Shown piece by piece: positions 40,482-48,877 of a stretch of 64,000 bases of DNA; the stretch's first letter is position 1, and each line of letters starts with the position of its first letter. Position numbers and translations under genes: made by a program. The notes beneath the pieces were generated by a model. That model did no database searches. It worked only from the letters and a program-made list of their open reading frames with translations, and had not been told where the DNA came from. The stretch comes from Anaerolineales bacterium (GTDB taxonomy: Bacteria; Chloroflexota; Anaerolineae; Anaerolineales; JBHHUI01). Location of the stretch: assembly GCA_965248775.1 (NCBI GenBank), contig OZ252150.1:4900027-4964026 (forward strand), given 5' to 3'.

Positions 40482-41723
40482 GTGTCCGAAGACCAGAAAT
40501 CACCCGTCTGGAGTAATTCCACCAAAGTCGTCGTAACGGTCGTTTCCCTGATTCTGATCGGGGCTGTGCTGTGGCGTTTTCAACAACTGATCGGCCCACT
40601 GGTCATCGCGGGCATGATTGCTTACCTCTTGAATCCACCGGTTGTCTGGCTCGATGTGCGCACTCCGTTAAGCCGGGGCTTGATCATCGGCATTGTCTAT
40701 CTCATCTTCGTCGGCATCGTGTTAAGCGTGCTAACAGTCGTTGGAGTAAATGCCTATCAGGAAACTATATTGCTTGTGCGAACTGCGCCAAGCATTATCG
40801 AAAACATACCGCAGGAGATCGATGCGATACTCGACCAGAGTTTTGTTATTGGTCCCTGGACTTTAGACTTGCGGTCCCTGAATTTTGATTTCGAGCGCAT
40901 AACCGAACAGTTGCTCACAGCAATCCAGCCGCTCCTAAGTCGAAGTGGTCAATTCTTAGGCGCGGCAGCCTCCGCAACAGCAGGTTGGCTGGGCTGGGCT
41001 GTCATTGTGTTGGTGCTTTCTTTCTATGCAACGAAGGACCTGCCTCGTTTTGGCGAGCGCATCGGCGAGATCGCGCATGGACCCGGTTACCGTCAGGATG
41101 TGGAGCGTTTGTTGCGCGAATTTGGCCGCATCTGGAATGCGTATTTACGCGGCCAGGTTGTGCTCGGCACTATCATGGCCATCGTCGTGAGTGTTATTAT
41201 GCTCATCCTGGGGGTGCGCTTTGCATTGGTTCTGGGGCTGTTGGCCGGGCTGATGGAATTCATTCCCGTTGTCGGCCCGTTTATTGCCGTGATCGTCTCA
41301 GTAATGGTGGCGCTTTTCCAGGATAGCAACTGGCTGGCACTCGACCCGTTCTGGTATGCAGTTGTGGTGCTGGGAGTGGGGATAGTGATTCAGCAGATCG
41401 AAAACAATGTCCTCGTCCCGCGCATCGTGGGTGAAGCACTCGATCTCCATCCCATCGCAGTGATGGTAGGCGCTATCATGGGAGGATCGGTAGCCGGTAT
41501 CCTGGGCATCATGCTCTCGGCACCGGTGCTCGCGTCGCTCAAGATGATCATGAGTTATGCGTGGCGCAAACTGCTCGACTTGGAGCCCTTCCCCGAACCG
41601 GAAATATCTTTACCTGAGTCGGCGTTCCTCGGGCGCACGCGCAGGTTGATCGGTTGGTTTCGGAGTCGCACTGCGGGAAACGACAACAGCGATACTTTCG
41701 TCACGGAGAAGCCCAATGACTGA
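40482..41723 (+). CDS. AI-2E family (PerM/UPF0118) transporter
   Basis: Multi-TM protein with the characteristic ...LLAGLMEFIPVVGPFIAVI...QQIENNVLVPRIVG...HPIAVMVGAIMGG... GTG start. Confidence 0.85.
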   Translation: MSEDQKSPVWSNSTKVVVTVVSLILIGAVLWRFQQLIGPLVIAGMIAYLLNPPVVWLDVRTPLSRGLIIGIVYLIFVGIVLSVLTVVGVNAYQETILLVRTAPSIIENIPQEIDAILDQSFVIGPWTLDLRSLNFDFERITEQLLTAIQPLLSRSGQFLGAAASATAGWLGWAVIVLVLSFYATKDLPRFGERIGEIAHGPGYRQDVERLLREFGRIWNAYLRGQVVLGTIMAIVVSVIMLILGVRFALVLGLLAGLMEFIPVVGPFIAVIVSVMVALFQDSNWLALDPFWYAVVVLGVGIVIQQIENNVLVPRIVGEALDLHPIAVMVGAIMGGSVAGILGIMLSAPVLASLKMIMSYAWRKLLDLEPFPEPEISLPESAFLGRTRRLIGWFRSRTAGNDNSDTFVTEKPND

Positions 41724-41901
41724 CCCGACGAATGAAATGCCAACAGAGTTGCTTGGCGAGACAGAGAACTTCAGTGCTTGGCAGGTGGAAGAACCAGATG
41801 GTGAGACCACATACCATCTGGAATTGAATCAGGTCACACTACATTTCTTCAACGAAGAATGGAATGAGTTCCTTGTGCTTGCTCGAGAGTTGCTAAAGTA
41901 A
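41716..41901 (+). CDS. Small acidic hypothetical protein (61 aa)
   Basis: The start overlaps the upstream gene's end (ATGACTGA context). No recognised family. Confidence 0.4.
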   Translation: MTDPTNEMPTELLGETENFSAWQVEEPDGETTYHLELNQVTLHFFNEEWNEFLVLARELLK

Positions 41902-42062
41902 ATCTATCCAGCTTCCACTCACTTCTTTCGTATAAGGGTCAGGCGGCGCTTGCCGCTGCACACGCACTTGATCCCACTCCGGAATCGTTTCTATCCCATC
42001 TGCGACCGCTTCAAAAACAATATGGCTCAGAATTAGCGAAGGCCGCACTCGATACAGCCATC

Positions 42063-43070
42063 TTGCGGAATCGGGCGAGGACGAAATTTTCCCGCGCCGA
42101 TCAGATGTATTTCACTCGCGAGGCCCTTGAGCAATCATCTAGTGAAGTCGTAAGCAATTATCGCGCGCAACGGTTTGCCGCTTTTGCTCGTGTGGCTGAT
42201 CTGGGCTGCGGGATCGGCGGCGATCTGCTCGGGCTGGCCACCCGCTGCGAAGTGGTGGCCGTAGACCATGATCCTTTGCGTTTGGCCATGGCGGCGGAAA
42301 ATGTCTCGGTGTACCATCTAAGCGAAAAGGTCGAGTTGCTGACAGCCGATCTACTTAAAGAAAGTCCGCCGCCTGCACCTGCTCTCTGGTTTGATCCTGC
42401 TCGGCGGGATCAGGGACGCCGAATATTTTCGGTGCGTGGTTACAAACCACCATTGTCAAGTATCGAGGCTTGGTTAGAGCAATCTCCTGCCATTGGCGTC
42501 AAATTGTCTCCCGGCGTGCGACTAACTGAGATTAAATCGTACGAGGCAGAGCAAGAGTTTATTTCTGTGGGCGGCGAACTTAAAGAGGCCGTGCTCTGGT
42601 TTGGGCCGCTGCGAGCGGGGACACGTCGCGCAACTCTGCTGCCTTCTGGCGAGAGTCTCGTGCCCATACCCGGTGACCCCGTGCCGGTTCGGAGACCGCA
42701 GACTGTGCTTTACGAACCAGACCCGGCAGTATTGCGCGCCGGGTTGGTGCAAGACCTTGCCAGAACGCTTGGCGCTGCCATGATCGACCCCCAGATCGCA
42801 TATCTTACTGCCAATGAAATCAAACCGACTCCCTTTGCTCGTGCATTTTCCATCGAAGCAGAGATGCCCTTCTCCATGAAGCGCGTACGGGCAGCATTAC
42901 GCGAGCGTGGGGTGGGGCGTATTACTGTGAAAAAGCGTGGCTCACCTCTAGATGTTGATGACTTTATCCGCAAGATGAAGCTCCAAGGCGATCCAGACAT
43001 CGAGCGGGTCGTCTTCCTGACGCATGTTCAGGGACGTCACGCAGTCATCATCGGCCAGCAATTGGTATAA
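42063..43070 (+). CDS. Class I SAM-dependent methyltransferase with a THUMP-like C-terminal domain
   Basis: SAM motif I VADLGCGIGGDLLGLA. The TTG at 42063 is the first canonical start, but the frame is open and protein-like back to 41868 (see findings). Confidence 0.7.
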   Translation: MRNRARTKFSRADQMYFTREALEQSSSEVVSNYRAQRFAAFARVADLGCGIGGDLLGLATRCEVVAVDHDPLRLAMAAENVSVYHLSEKVELLTADLLKESPPPAPALWFDPARRDQGRRIFSVRGYKPPLSSIEAWLEQSPAIGVKLSPGVRLTEIKSYEAEQEFISVGGELKEAVLWFGPLRAGTRRATLLPSGESLVPIPGDPVPVRRPQTVLYEPDPAVLRAGLVQDLARTLGAAMIDPQIAYLTANEIKPTPFARAFSIEAEMPFSMKRVRAALRERGVGRITVKKRGSPLDVDDFIRKMKLQGDPDIERVVFLTHVQGRHAVIIGQQLV

Positions 43071-43186
43071 TGCGGCGCGCAATCTCTTGTGCGCATGTAA
43101 ATATATAAATCGATCATACCGTAATGGAGGGTTAGAGCCCATAACCGTTGCGGCATTGTGAATTTAGTGAAAGTTGAACAAGAAAG

Positions 43187-44035
43187 ATGCTTGCTCTCAC
43201 CAGCGATTACGTCACCGAGGAAGGCACGCCGGAGCCGTATCTGCCGCCCTTGGCGGCGGCCGGATTTTCACATCTACATTGGTGTCACGAATGGGGTAGC
43301 GACTATCTCTACTCTGATGATGAGATCCGCATGGCAAAGCAGTGGCTGCATGAAAATGCTCTCGGCCTGATCGATTTGCATGCCTCTGCCGGTAAGGAGA
43401 AAGACTGGACCTCCGGGGACGAGGATGTGCGCCGCGCGGGGGTCGAACTCGTCAAGAACCGCATGCGGATGACTGCGCGGCTTGGGGGGGAGGTCATTAT
43501 TCTACATCTACGTGCAGAACCACAGGACGGGTCAGCGCGTGATGTGTTCTGGTCGCAGCTGCGCAAATCGCTGGATGAATTGGAATCCTATTCTCGGGAC
43601 CAATGGGTGCGGATTGCTCTGGAAAACTTGCTCGATGATAACTACGCAACCCTTGAGACTGTTTTTAAGCATTACAGCCCGGATTCCATCGGTTTGTGTT
43701 ATGACTCCGGGCACGGGCAAATTGTAAAGGGAGGACTGGACTTTCTCGAACGCACTCAGGAGCGGCTGATCTCACTCCACTTGAACGATAACGATAGCGA
43801 ATCCGATCTCCACAAATTGCCTTTTAGCGGGCATGTGGAGTGGAGGCGACTTACAAAGCTGATCGCTTCTTCCGGCTACAACGGGCCGATCACTCTCGAA
43901 TCTGCCATAGTGCATACAGGCTTCAGGGAAGCAGACTCATTTATTCAACAGGCTAGTTTGAAGGCGAAGATATTGGCGAGCATGATTAAAGCCCATCATG
44001 AAGAGATTGAAAAAGACGCCGAACAGAACTCTTGA
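43187..44035 (+). CDS. Sugar phosphate isomerase/epimerase (xylose-isomerase-like TIM barrel)
   Basis: ...IILHL...RIALENL...GLCYDSGHG...SLHLNDN...ITLE pattern of the AP endonuclease 2/xylose isomerase-like fold. Confidence 0.75.
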   Translation: MLALTSDYVTEEGTPEPYLPPLAAAGFSHLHWCHEWGSDYLYSDDEIRMAKQWLHENALGLIDLHASAGKEKDWTSGDEDVRRAGVELVKNRMRMTARLGGEVIILHLRAEPQDGSARDVFWSQLRKSLDELESYSRDQWVRIALENLLDDNYATLETVFKHYSPDSIGLCYDSGHGQIVKGGLDFLERTQERLISLHLNDNDSESDLHKLPFSGHVEWRRLTKLIASSGYNGPITLESAIVHTGFREADSFIQQASLKAKILASMIKAHHEEIEKDAEQNS

Positions 44036-44064
44036 ACTTTGTTATTTCGAGTACTGAAATCGTA

Positions 44065-44508
44065 CTATTTGTAACGACCCGCCGCAACGGTGCGCAAAAT
44101 TTCTTTTTCGCGTTTTTTGCGATACCGGGTCGCTGCCTCAAATGCTTCGTCACGGGATTTGAAGTCGTGGTGATAAAAGCGCTTGGTGCGAATTACATTG
44201 GGGCGCGGACACCAAGTGACATGGAAGCAGCGGCGGCGAGAGCCATCGCGCCTGCGTTCGTAAGTTTCTGAAACGCCAACGACCCCCGATGTATTGTTTT
44301 TAGGTAATTTGGTAAAGAAAGGGCTGATTACTTTCGGCGCCTGATGGCGGATATAGTCAACTCTGTGCTGCTTCGCGACTTTAAGGGCGGCTCGTTTACC
44401 CCCGTGGACTCCGTCGCTAAAAAACTTTGAGTGCACGTTGCCATGATAATACACGCGGGTTAACCAACCGTGCGTACTCTTTGAATCTATCCGTGAGACA
44501 CCCTTCAT
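44065..44508 (-). CDS. Stand-alone protein with two AP2-like DNA-binding repeats
   Basis: Repeat 1 is KGVSRIDSKSTHGWLTRVYYHGNVHSKFFSD...AALKVAKQHR. Repeat 2 is SGVVGVSETYERRRDGSRRRCFHVTWCP...IRTKRFYHHDFKSRDEAFEAATRYR. This is the GV(S/Y)...W.A.. three-strand plus helix AP2 pattern. Confidence 0.7.
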   Translation of the reverse strand: MKGVSRIDSKSTHGWLTRVYYHGNVHSKFFSDGVHGGKRAALKVAKQHRVDYIRHQAPKVISPFFTKLPKNNTSGVVGVSETYERRRDGSRRRCFHVTWCPRPNVIRTKRFYHHDFKSRDEAFEAATRYRKKREKEILRTVAAGRYK

Positions 44509-44908
44509 CTGACGAACTCCTGAAGAAAATATTGTCAGGAAATATTGTATCCGCTTCTCAGAGACAATATAGAACCATGAAAAATTTAAGTGATCTCAAT
44601 TTGTTTTGTTTGAAGAAAAGCTGACGTTGCAGGATGAAATTGGTTCAATAACTTTGAATATTTCTCAGCATTGCCCTGGAGAATACGCCAGCGGCTGGGC
44701 GCAAGGCCGTCCGGATGGGAGCGGAAGGCCGGGACCTAGATGTCTTCGGAGCTACATCAATGTACAAAGCATGCCGATGGAAACCTTCCCTTTGGAGTAA
44801 GAGCAGTCGAAATAATTTCTGAAATGAAGATATCAGCTTACCACCAGATTCTCTTGTAAGTGCTCACGGACGTGAGTCGATAAGAGAAGAGCTGCCTTTC
44901 TCCAGCCT

Positions 44909-45895
44909 TTGAAAAACTTTATGCTTCCAATACTTGTCGCCAGCGCGCTCCTGTTCGATTTCCTGAATGGTTTCAAGGACAGTGCCAACATGGTGGCGAC
45001 TGTCATTGCCTCCCGCGCACTTGCCCCCCGAGTCACCCTGACGCTGACTGCGATCTCTGAATTTATTGGGCCGTTTTTGTTTGGTTTGGCCGTCGCCCGT
45101 ACCGTCGGCGCGGGACTGATCGATACGGAGGTCGTGTCGTTAACCGTTGTTCTCGGGGCTGTCTGGGCTGCCATCGCATGGAATCTCCTAACGTGGTATC
45201 TCGGGCTGCCTACGTCATCTTCACACGCGCTTGTAGGAGGCTTGATCGGTGCGGCCGTGATGAGTGCTGGCTGGTCAGTTGTGCAAATCGGTGGGGTGGT
45301 CAAAGTTCTGATTGCACTCTTTATCTCACCGCCGCTCGGGTTTTTATTGGGCGGTTTGTTTGTACGGTTGGCGTTGTTTTTCGGACGGGCGGCGTCTCCA
45401 CGTATCAACGTTTTCTTCAAACGTGCCCAAGTGGTAACATCCGTTGCACAGGCGTTGAGTCATGGAACGAATAGCGCCCAGAAAACAATGGGCATCATTA
45501 CTCTTGGGCTGCTCGTCTCCGGGGAGATCGACTCGTTCGTTGTGCCATCGTGGGTTATTGTCACCAGCGCGAGTGCGATTGCTATCGGCATTAGTAGTGG
45601 CGGCTGGCGATTAATCCGTACGCTGGGCGGACGTATCTACAAAGTGCGACCCTTGCATGGCTTCACGAGTCAGCTTGCTTCCGCGAGCGTTATTCTTGGA
45701 GCAGCATTGGCGGGTGGACCAGTGAGTACGACGCATGTGGTGAGTTCGGCCATCATGGGAGCCGGCGCAGCAGAACGACTGAGCAAGGTGCGCTGGCAAG
45801 TTGCTCAGGAAATGGTCTGGGCTTGGATATTAACAATTCCGCTCACCATCGGTGCCGGGGCGCTTGCATTCTGGTTGTTAAATACGTTCATTTAG
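44909..45895 (+). CDS. Inorganic phosphate transporter, PiT family
   Basis: FDFLNGFKDSANMVATVIASRAL...SSSHALVGGLIGA...HGTNSAQKTMGII...VSTTHVVSSAIMGAG. The start is either the TTG at 44909 or the ATG at 44921. Confidence 0.92.
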   Translation: MKNFMLPILVASALLFDFLNGFKDSANMVATVIASRALAPRVTLTLTAISEFIGPFLFGLAVARTVGAGLIDTEVVSLTVVLGAVWAAIAWNLLTWYLGLPTSSSHALVGGLIGAAVMSAGWSVVQIGGVVKVLIALFISPPLGFLLGGLFVRLALFFGRAASPRINVFFKRAQVVTSVAQALSHGTNSAQKTMGIITLGLLVSGEIDSFVVPSWVIVTSASAIAIGISSGGWRLIRTLGGRIYKVRPLHGFTSQLASASVILGAALAGGPVSTTHVVSSAIMGAGAAERLSKVRWQVAQEMVWAWILTIPLTIGAGALAFWLLNTFI

Positions 45896-45908
45896 AAAGG
45901 AGGTCACG

Positions 45909-46538
45909 ATGCGATGGTTTGATCGTTTTCGCGGAAAAAAGCAGCACAATATGGTGACGATGCTCATTCGTCAAGCTGATCTGACATTGGAAGGCCTTTT
46001 GCAATTGCAAATCTATATGCGCGAACCGAGCCTCGAGATCGCTGAGACGGTTCGCAAATTGGAAAAAGATGCCGACGAAGTGCGTCGGATTCTGATCGAT
46101 GAATTGAATCATAACTTCGTGACACCATTCGACCGGGAAGATATTTTTGCTCTCTCCCGCAACATCGATGACGTGATGGATTATGCCTATTCAACTGTGG
46201 ATGAGATGGACATCCTGGACGTGGCGCCGAATCCGTTTCTGGAACGTATGGTTTCATTGCTCACGGACGCCGCCGCTGAAATCCAGCGTGGTGTGATGCG
46301 TTTGCAGGAGCGTCCAAGTGTGGCAAACGAACATGCTATGCGGGCCAAAGCGCTGGAGAACCGCGTCGAACGAGTCTATCGGGAGGCGATTGCCGATTTA
46401 TTTAACAGCCCGCATGACCTGGATCATGTGGTCGAAATGTTGAAGTTGCGCGAAATCTACCGTCATCTCTCCAATGCAGCTGACCGTGGCGACGAGGCAG
46501 CCAATGTCATCGCCGATATCGTTGTCAAGCGTGTGTAG
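45909..46538 (+). CDS. DUF47-family (PhoU-like) protein, usual partner of PiT
   Basis: ...EKDADEVRRILIDELNHNFVTPFDREDIFALSRNIDDVMDYA...EMLKLREIYRHLSNAADRGDEAANVI. Strong GGAGG RBS. Confidence 0.88.
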   Translation: MRWFDRFRGKKQHNMVTMLIRQADLTLEGLLQLQIYMREPSLEIAETVRKLEKDADEVRRILIDELNHNFVTPFDREDIFALSRNIDDVMDYAYSTVDEMDILDVAPNPFLERMVSLLTDAAAEIQRGVMRLQERPSVANEHAMRAKALENRVERVYREAIADLFNSPHDLDHVVEMLKLREIYRHLSNAADRGDEAANVIADIVVKRV

Positions 46539-46599
46539 ATAGACATCAAGCGTCCTGACAATAAGGTCGCTCTGATCAGCGCTGCGCGTAGCGGTTTAT

Positions 46600-47913
46600 G
46601 TGACCCATGAATATGCCACTGCCTTGGTAGGTAAAACTTTGAGAGCGCGGTCCCCGTCCACGGCTAAACATTATCGCCCATGGCGGGTGATGATCCCGGT
46701 CGGACTTGCTACCAGCCTTTCGCTCCTCGGCGATGCATCGCTCTATACCGTTCTGCCCACGCACACAGATGCGGCCGGTGTTGCCGTGATGAGCGTGGGC
46801 ATTTTGCTGTCTGCTAACCGCTGGATTCGCTTGTTGCTCAATGGTCCGATCGGTATCCTTTATGAACGCTGGCCGCGCCGGCGTCTCTTCGTCCCTGCGC
46901 TTTTTATCGGCGCGTTCTCCACCGCCATCTATGCAGCCGCAGACAGTTTTTGGCCTTTGCTTATCGGTCGATTATTGTGGGGTCTCGCCTGGGTTGGTAT
47001 CTGGATCGGCGGCAATGCAATCATCATAGACATGACGCATGCGGGCAACCTCGGCCGCTGGATCGGTCTGTTACAAACATCGTTCTTTTTAGGGGCCTCA
47101 GGAGGTTCGCTCCTGGGTGGAGTTCTTACGGATGTCCTTGGCTACAACGCAGCAATGGGGATCAATGCCGGGGCGGCTTTCCTCGGCGCAGCCATTGCCT
47201 TTCTCTTCCTGCCAGAGACACGCCCGGATAAGAACACAACCGAGATGGAGTATAAGACTCCCGTTACGCCCCAAGTTGTCAATCCGACAAGAACACACTC
47301 CCGGAGGGAGTATGTCTCTGCCATTGCGCTCCTGGCTGTCAATCGCTTGGTCGTTGCTGGGATTCTGATTTCGACCTTCGGCCTATTCGTTGTGGAGAGT
47401 TTCGGAGACCCGGCAATATTGATCGGACGTACGTTCGGCGTCGCAACCTTGACCGGAATCGCCTTGGGTGCGAATTCTCTAACATCTATGGTCGTAGCTC
47501 CAATTGCCGGACGGATCTCAGATGGGCTGCGCAATCGCTGGATCGTTGCCGCTGTGGGATTAGTGATTGGCTTGGTAGGCTACGTTTTGTTCGTCATTGC
47601 TCCAGCAGCGGTTGCATTGTTAGGAATCCCACTTGTTGCGGTGGCGGGGGCCAGTAATCAATCGATGGCAGTTGCTCTCAATGGAGAAATGGCCGGCGCG
47701 GGGCAGCATGGCCGTCGGTTGGGAATTCTCTTCACGGCGGGAGACCTGGCAAGTGCAATCGGACCACCACTTGCTTTCGCGTTGATCCCCTTGATCAAAA
47801 TTCGTGGCATTTATGCGCTGAGCGGATCATTACTTGCACTGCTTCTACTTGTGAGCCTCTACCATTCAGCGAAACAAACCCACCAACTTTCGGGACGTGG
47901 CAGCTCAATATAA
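46600..47913 (+). CDS. MFS transporter
   Basis: About 12 predicted TM segments with an MFS loop motif (..NGPIGILYERWPRRRL..). The start is uncertain (GTG at 46600). Confidence 0.8.
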   Translation: MTHEYATALVGKTLRARSPSTAKHYRPWRVMIPVGLATSLSLLGDASLYTVLPTHTDAAGVAVMSVGILLSANRWIRLLLNGPIGILYERWPRRRLFVPALFIGAFSTAIYAAADSFWPLLIGRLLWGLAWVGIWIGGNAIIIDMTHAGNLGRWIGLLQTSFFLGASGGSLLGGVLTDVLGYNAAMGINAGAAFLGAAIAFLFLPETRPDKNTTEMEYKTPVTPQVVNPTRTHSRREYVSAIALLAVNRLVVAGILISTFGLFVVESFGDPAILIGRTFGVATLTGIALGANSLTSMVVAPIAGRISDGLRNRWIVAAVGLVIGLVGYVLFVIAPAAVALLGIPLVAVAGASNQSMAVALNGEMAGAGQHGRRLGILFTAGDLASAIGPPLAFALIPLIKIRGIYALSGSLLALLLLVSLYHSAKQTHQLSGRGSSI

Positions 47914-47970
47914 TTGTTGACTGTTGCGACATACGCAGTGTAGACTAGCTGACTGTTTTGATTTGATAGG

Positions 47971-48501
47971 ATGCGACCGGAGACTGCGATGACGGGACCA
48001 CTACGTAGGGAAATGCTGACTTGGAGCGATGTCGATAAGCTCATCGATGTACTTGTTCCCCAATTTGCCGGCGAATTCGATGCCATGGTCGTAATTACAC
48101 GTGGTGGCATTGTCCCCGGCGGTATGCTGGCTGAAGCGCTCAATCTGAAAGAGATCTTCCTTGCAGCGGTGAGTTTCCCGCTCATGGATGCGGAATATCG
48201 TCTACTCGCCTGGCCGGAGTTCCTTCAATTTCCTCGAGCGCACTTGCTTAGAGGGCGCCGAATATTGGTTGTGGACGATGTGTGGGGTTCCGGACGTACG
48301 ATGATTTCTGTCAAAGATGGTATCGAGGCCGCCAATGGCAATCCGCAGACCTGCGTCCTGCACTTCAACCCGTATCGTTCGCTGTTCCGCGAAGCGAAAC
48401 CGGATTATTATGGCGCCAGCACAGATGCCCACATCGTTTACCCCTGGGAAATTGACCGAGGCGGAGAGTACTCGAATTTAGAGCCGGGTTTCTCCAACTG
48501 A
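47971..48501 (+). CDS. Phosphoribosyltransferase (purine PRT-like)
   Basis: PRPP-binding motif RILVVDDVWGSGRT. Small size and N-terminal layout resemble xanthine-guanine PRTs. Confidence 0.8.
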   Translation: MRPETAMTGPLRREMLTWSDVDKLIDVLVPQFAGEFDAMVVITRGGIVPGGMLAEALNLKEIFLAAVSFPLMDAEYRLLAWPEFLQFPRAHLLRGRRILVVDDVWGSGRTMISVKDGIEAANGNPQTCVLHFNPYRSLFREAKPDYYGASTDAHIVYPWEIDRGGEYSNLEPGFSN

Positions 48502-48579
48502 GTGAATCCCACCGCTCTATATCCCGGCCAATATTTCAACTTTAAAAACACGATCTTATGTAAAAAAATCCGCCTCTCG

Positions 48580-48608
48580 TTGACTCTGAACTTTCAGCGC
48601 GGTATAAT
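48580..48608 (+). promoter_or_regulatory. Consensus sigma70-type promoter (TTGACT, 17 nt, TATAAT)
   Basis: ttgact at 48580-48585, a 17-nt spacer, and tataat at 48603-48608. Confidence 0.7.
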
Positions 48609-48613
48609 GCGGT

Positions 48614-48838
48614 CAAGTCCGGCAGTAGCTTATGTTAATTACGGCGAGGGGATTGGTGGTCCGGGCTCATACAACCAGGGAAAACCGGAACCACGGACAG
48701 GTTGTACGACCCTCGTATTTTAGGTCGGACTTGTAGCAACATCGCGGGGTATTGCCTAAGAGTAAACTCACGGACAATAACCAGGTAAGACCCGACGCAG
48801 TGTGGCACCTGTCCCGTTTGGTGACGGTGCCATTTTTT
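48614..48838 (+). ncRNA. Candidate structured RNA of unknown class (stand-alone sRNA or cis-regulatory leader of rpsA)
   Basis: Lies between the consensus promoter and an intrinsic terminator. Nested helices are 48614-23/48724-33 (10 bp), 48645-50/48710-15 and 48671-76/48700-05. A second domain has 48743-48/48791-97, 48752-57/48783-88 and a GAG-uaaa-CUC hairpin. There is no credible sense ORF. Confidence 0.55.
48804..48838 (+). terminator. Intrinsic terminator (end of the candidate RNA, or an attenuator before rpsA)
   Basis: ggcacc(t)gtc-ccgtttggt-gacggtgcc followed by a-tttttt-at, 40 nt upstream of the rpsA ATG. Confidence 0.8.
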
Positions 48839-48877
48839 ATTGCATCTCGCTGAGTTGCGAAGGATTGCGCTGCCGAC

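Noticed and set aside
48640-48705. Resemblance of GGUCCGGGCUCAUA... to the RNase P P4 region, the M-box 5' motif and the T-box sequence.
   Set aside because: The element is only ~225 nt. It lacks the RNase P specificity-domain motifs (GGUAAGGGUGAAAGGGUGCGGUAAGAGCGCACC type), the remaining M-box conserved blocks, and the T-box position and context. The resemblance is treated as coincidental pending a covariance-model search.
48502-48723. A 73-aa ORF starting right after the phosphoribosyltransferase stop.
   Set aside because: It reads through the consensus promoter and into the structured RNA, has no RBS and has an odd composition. The RNA interpretation explains the region better.
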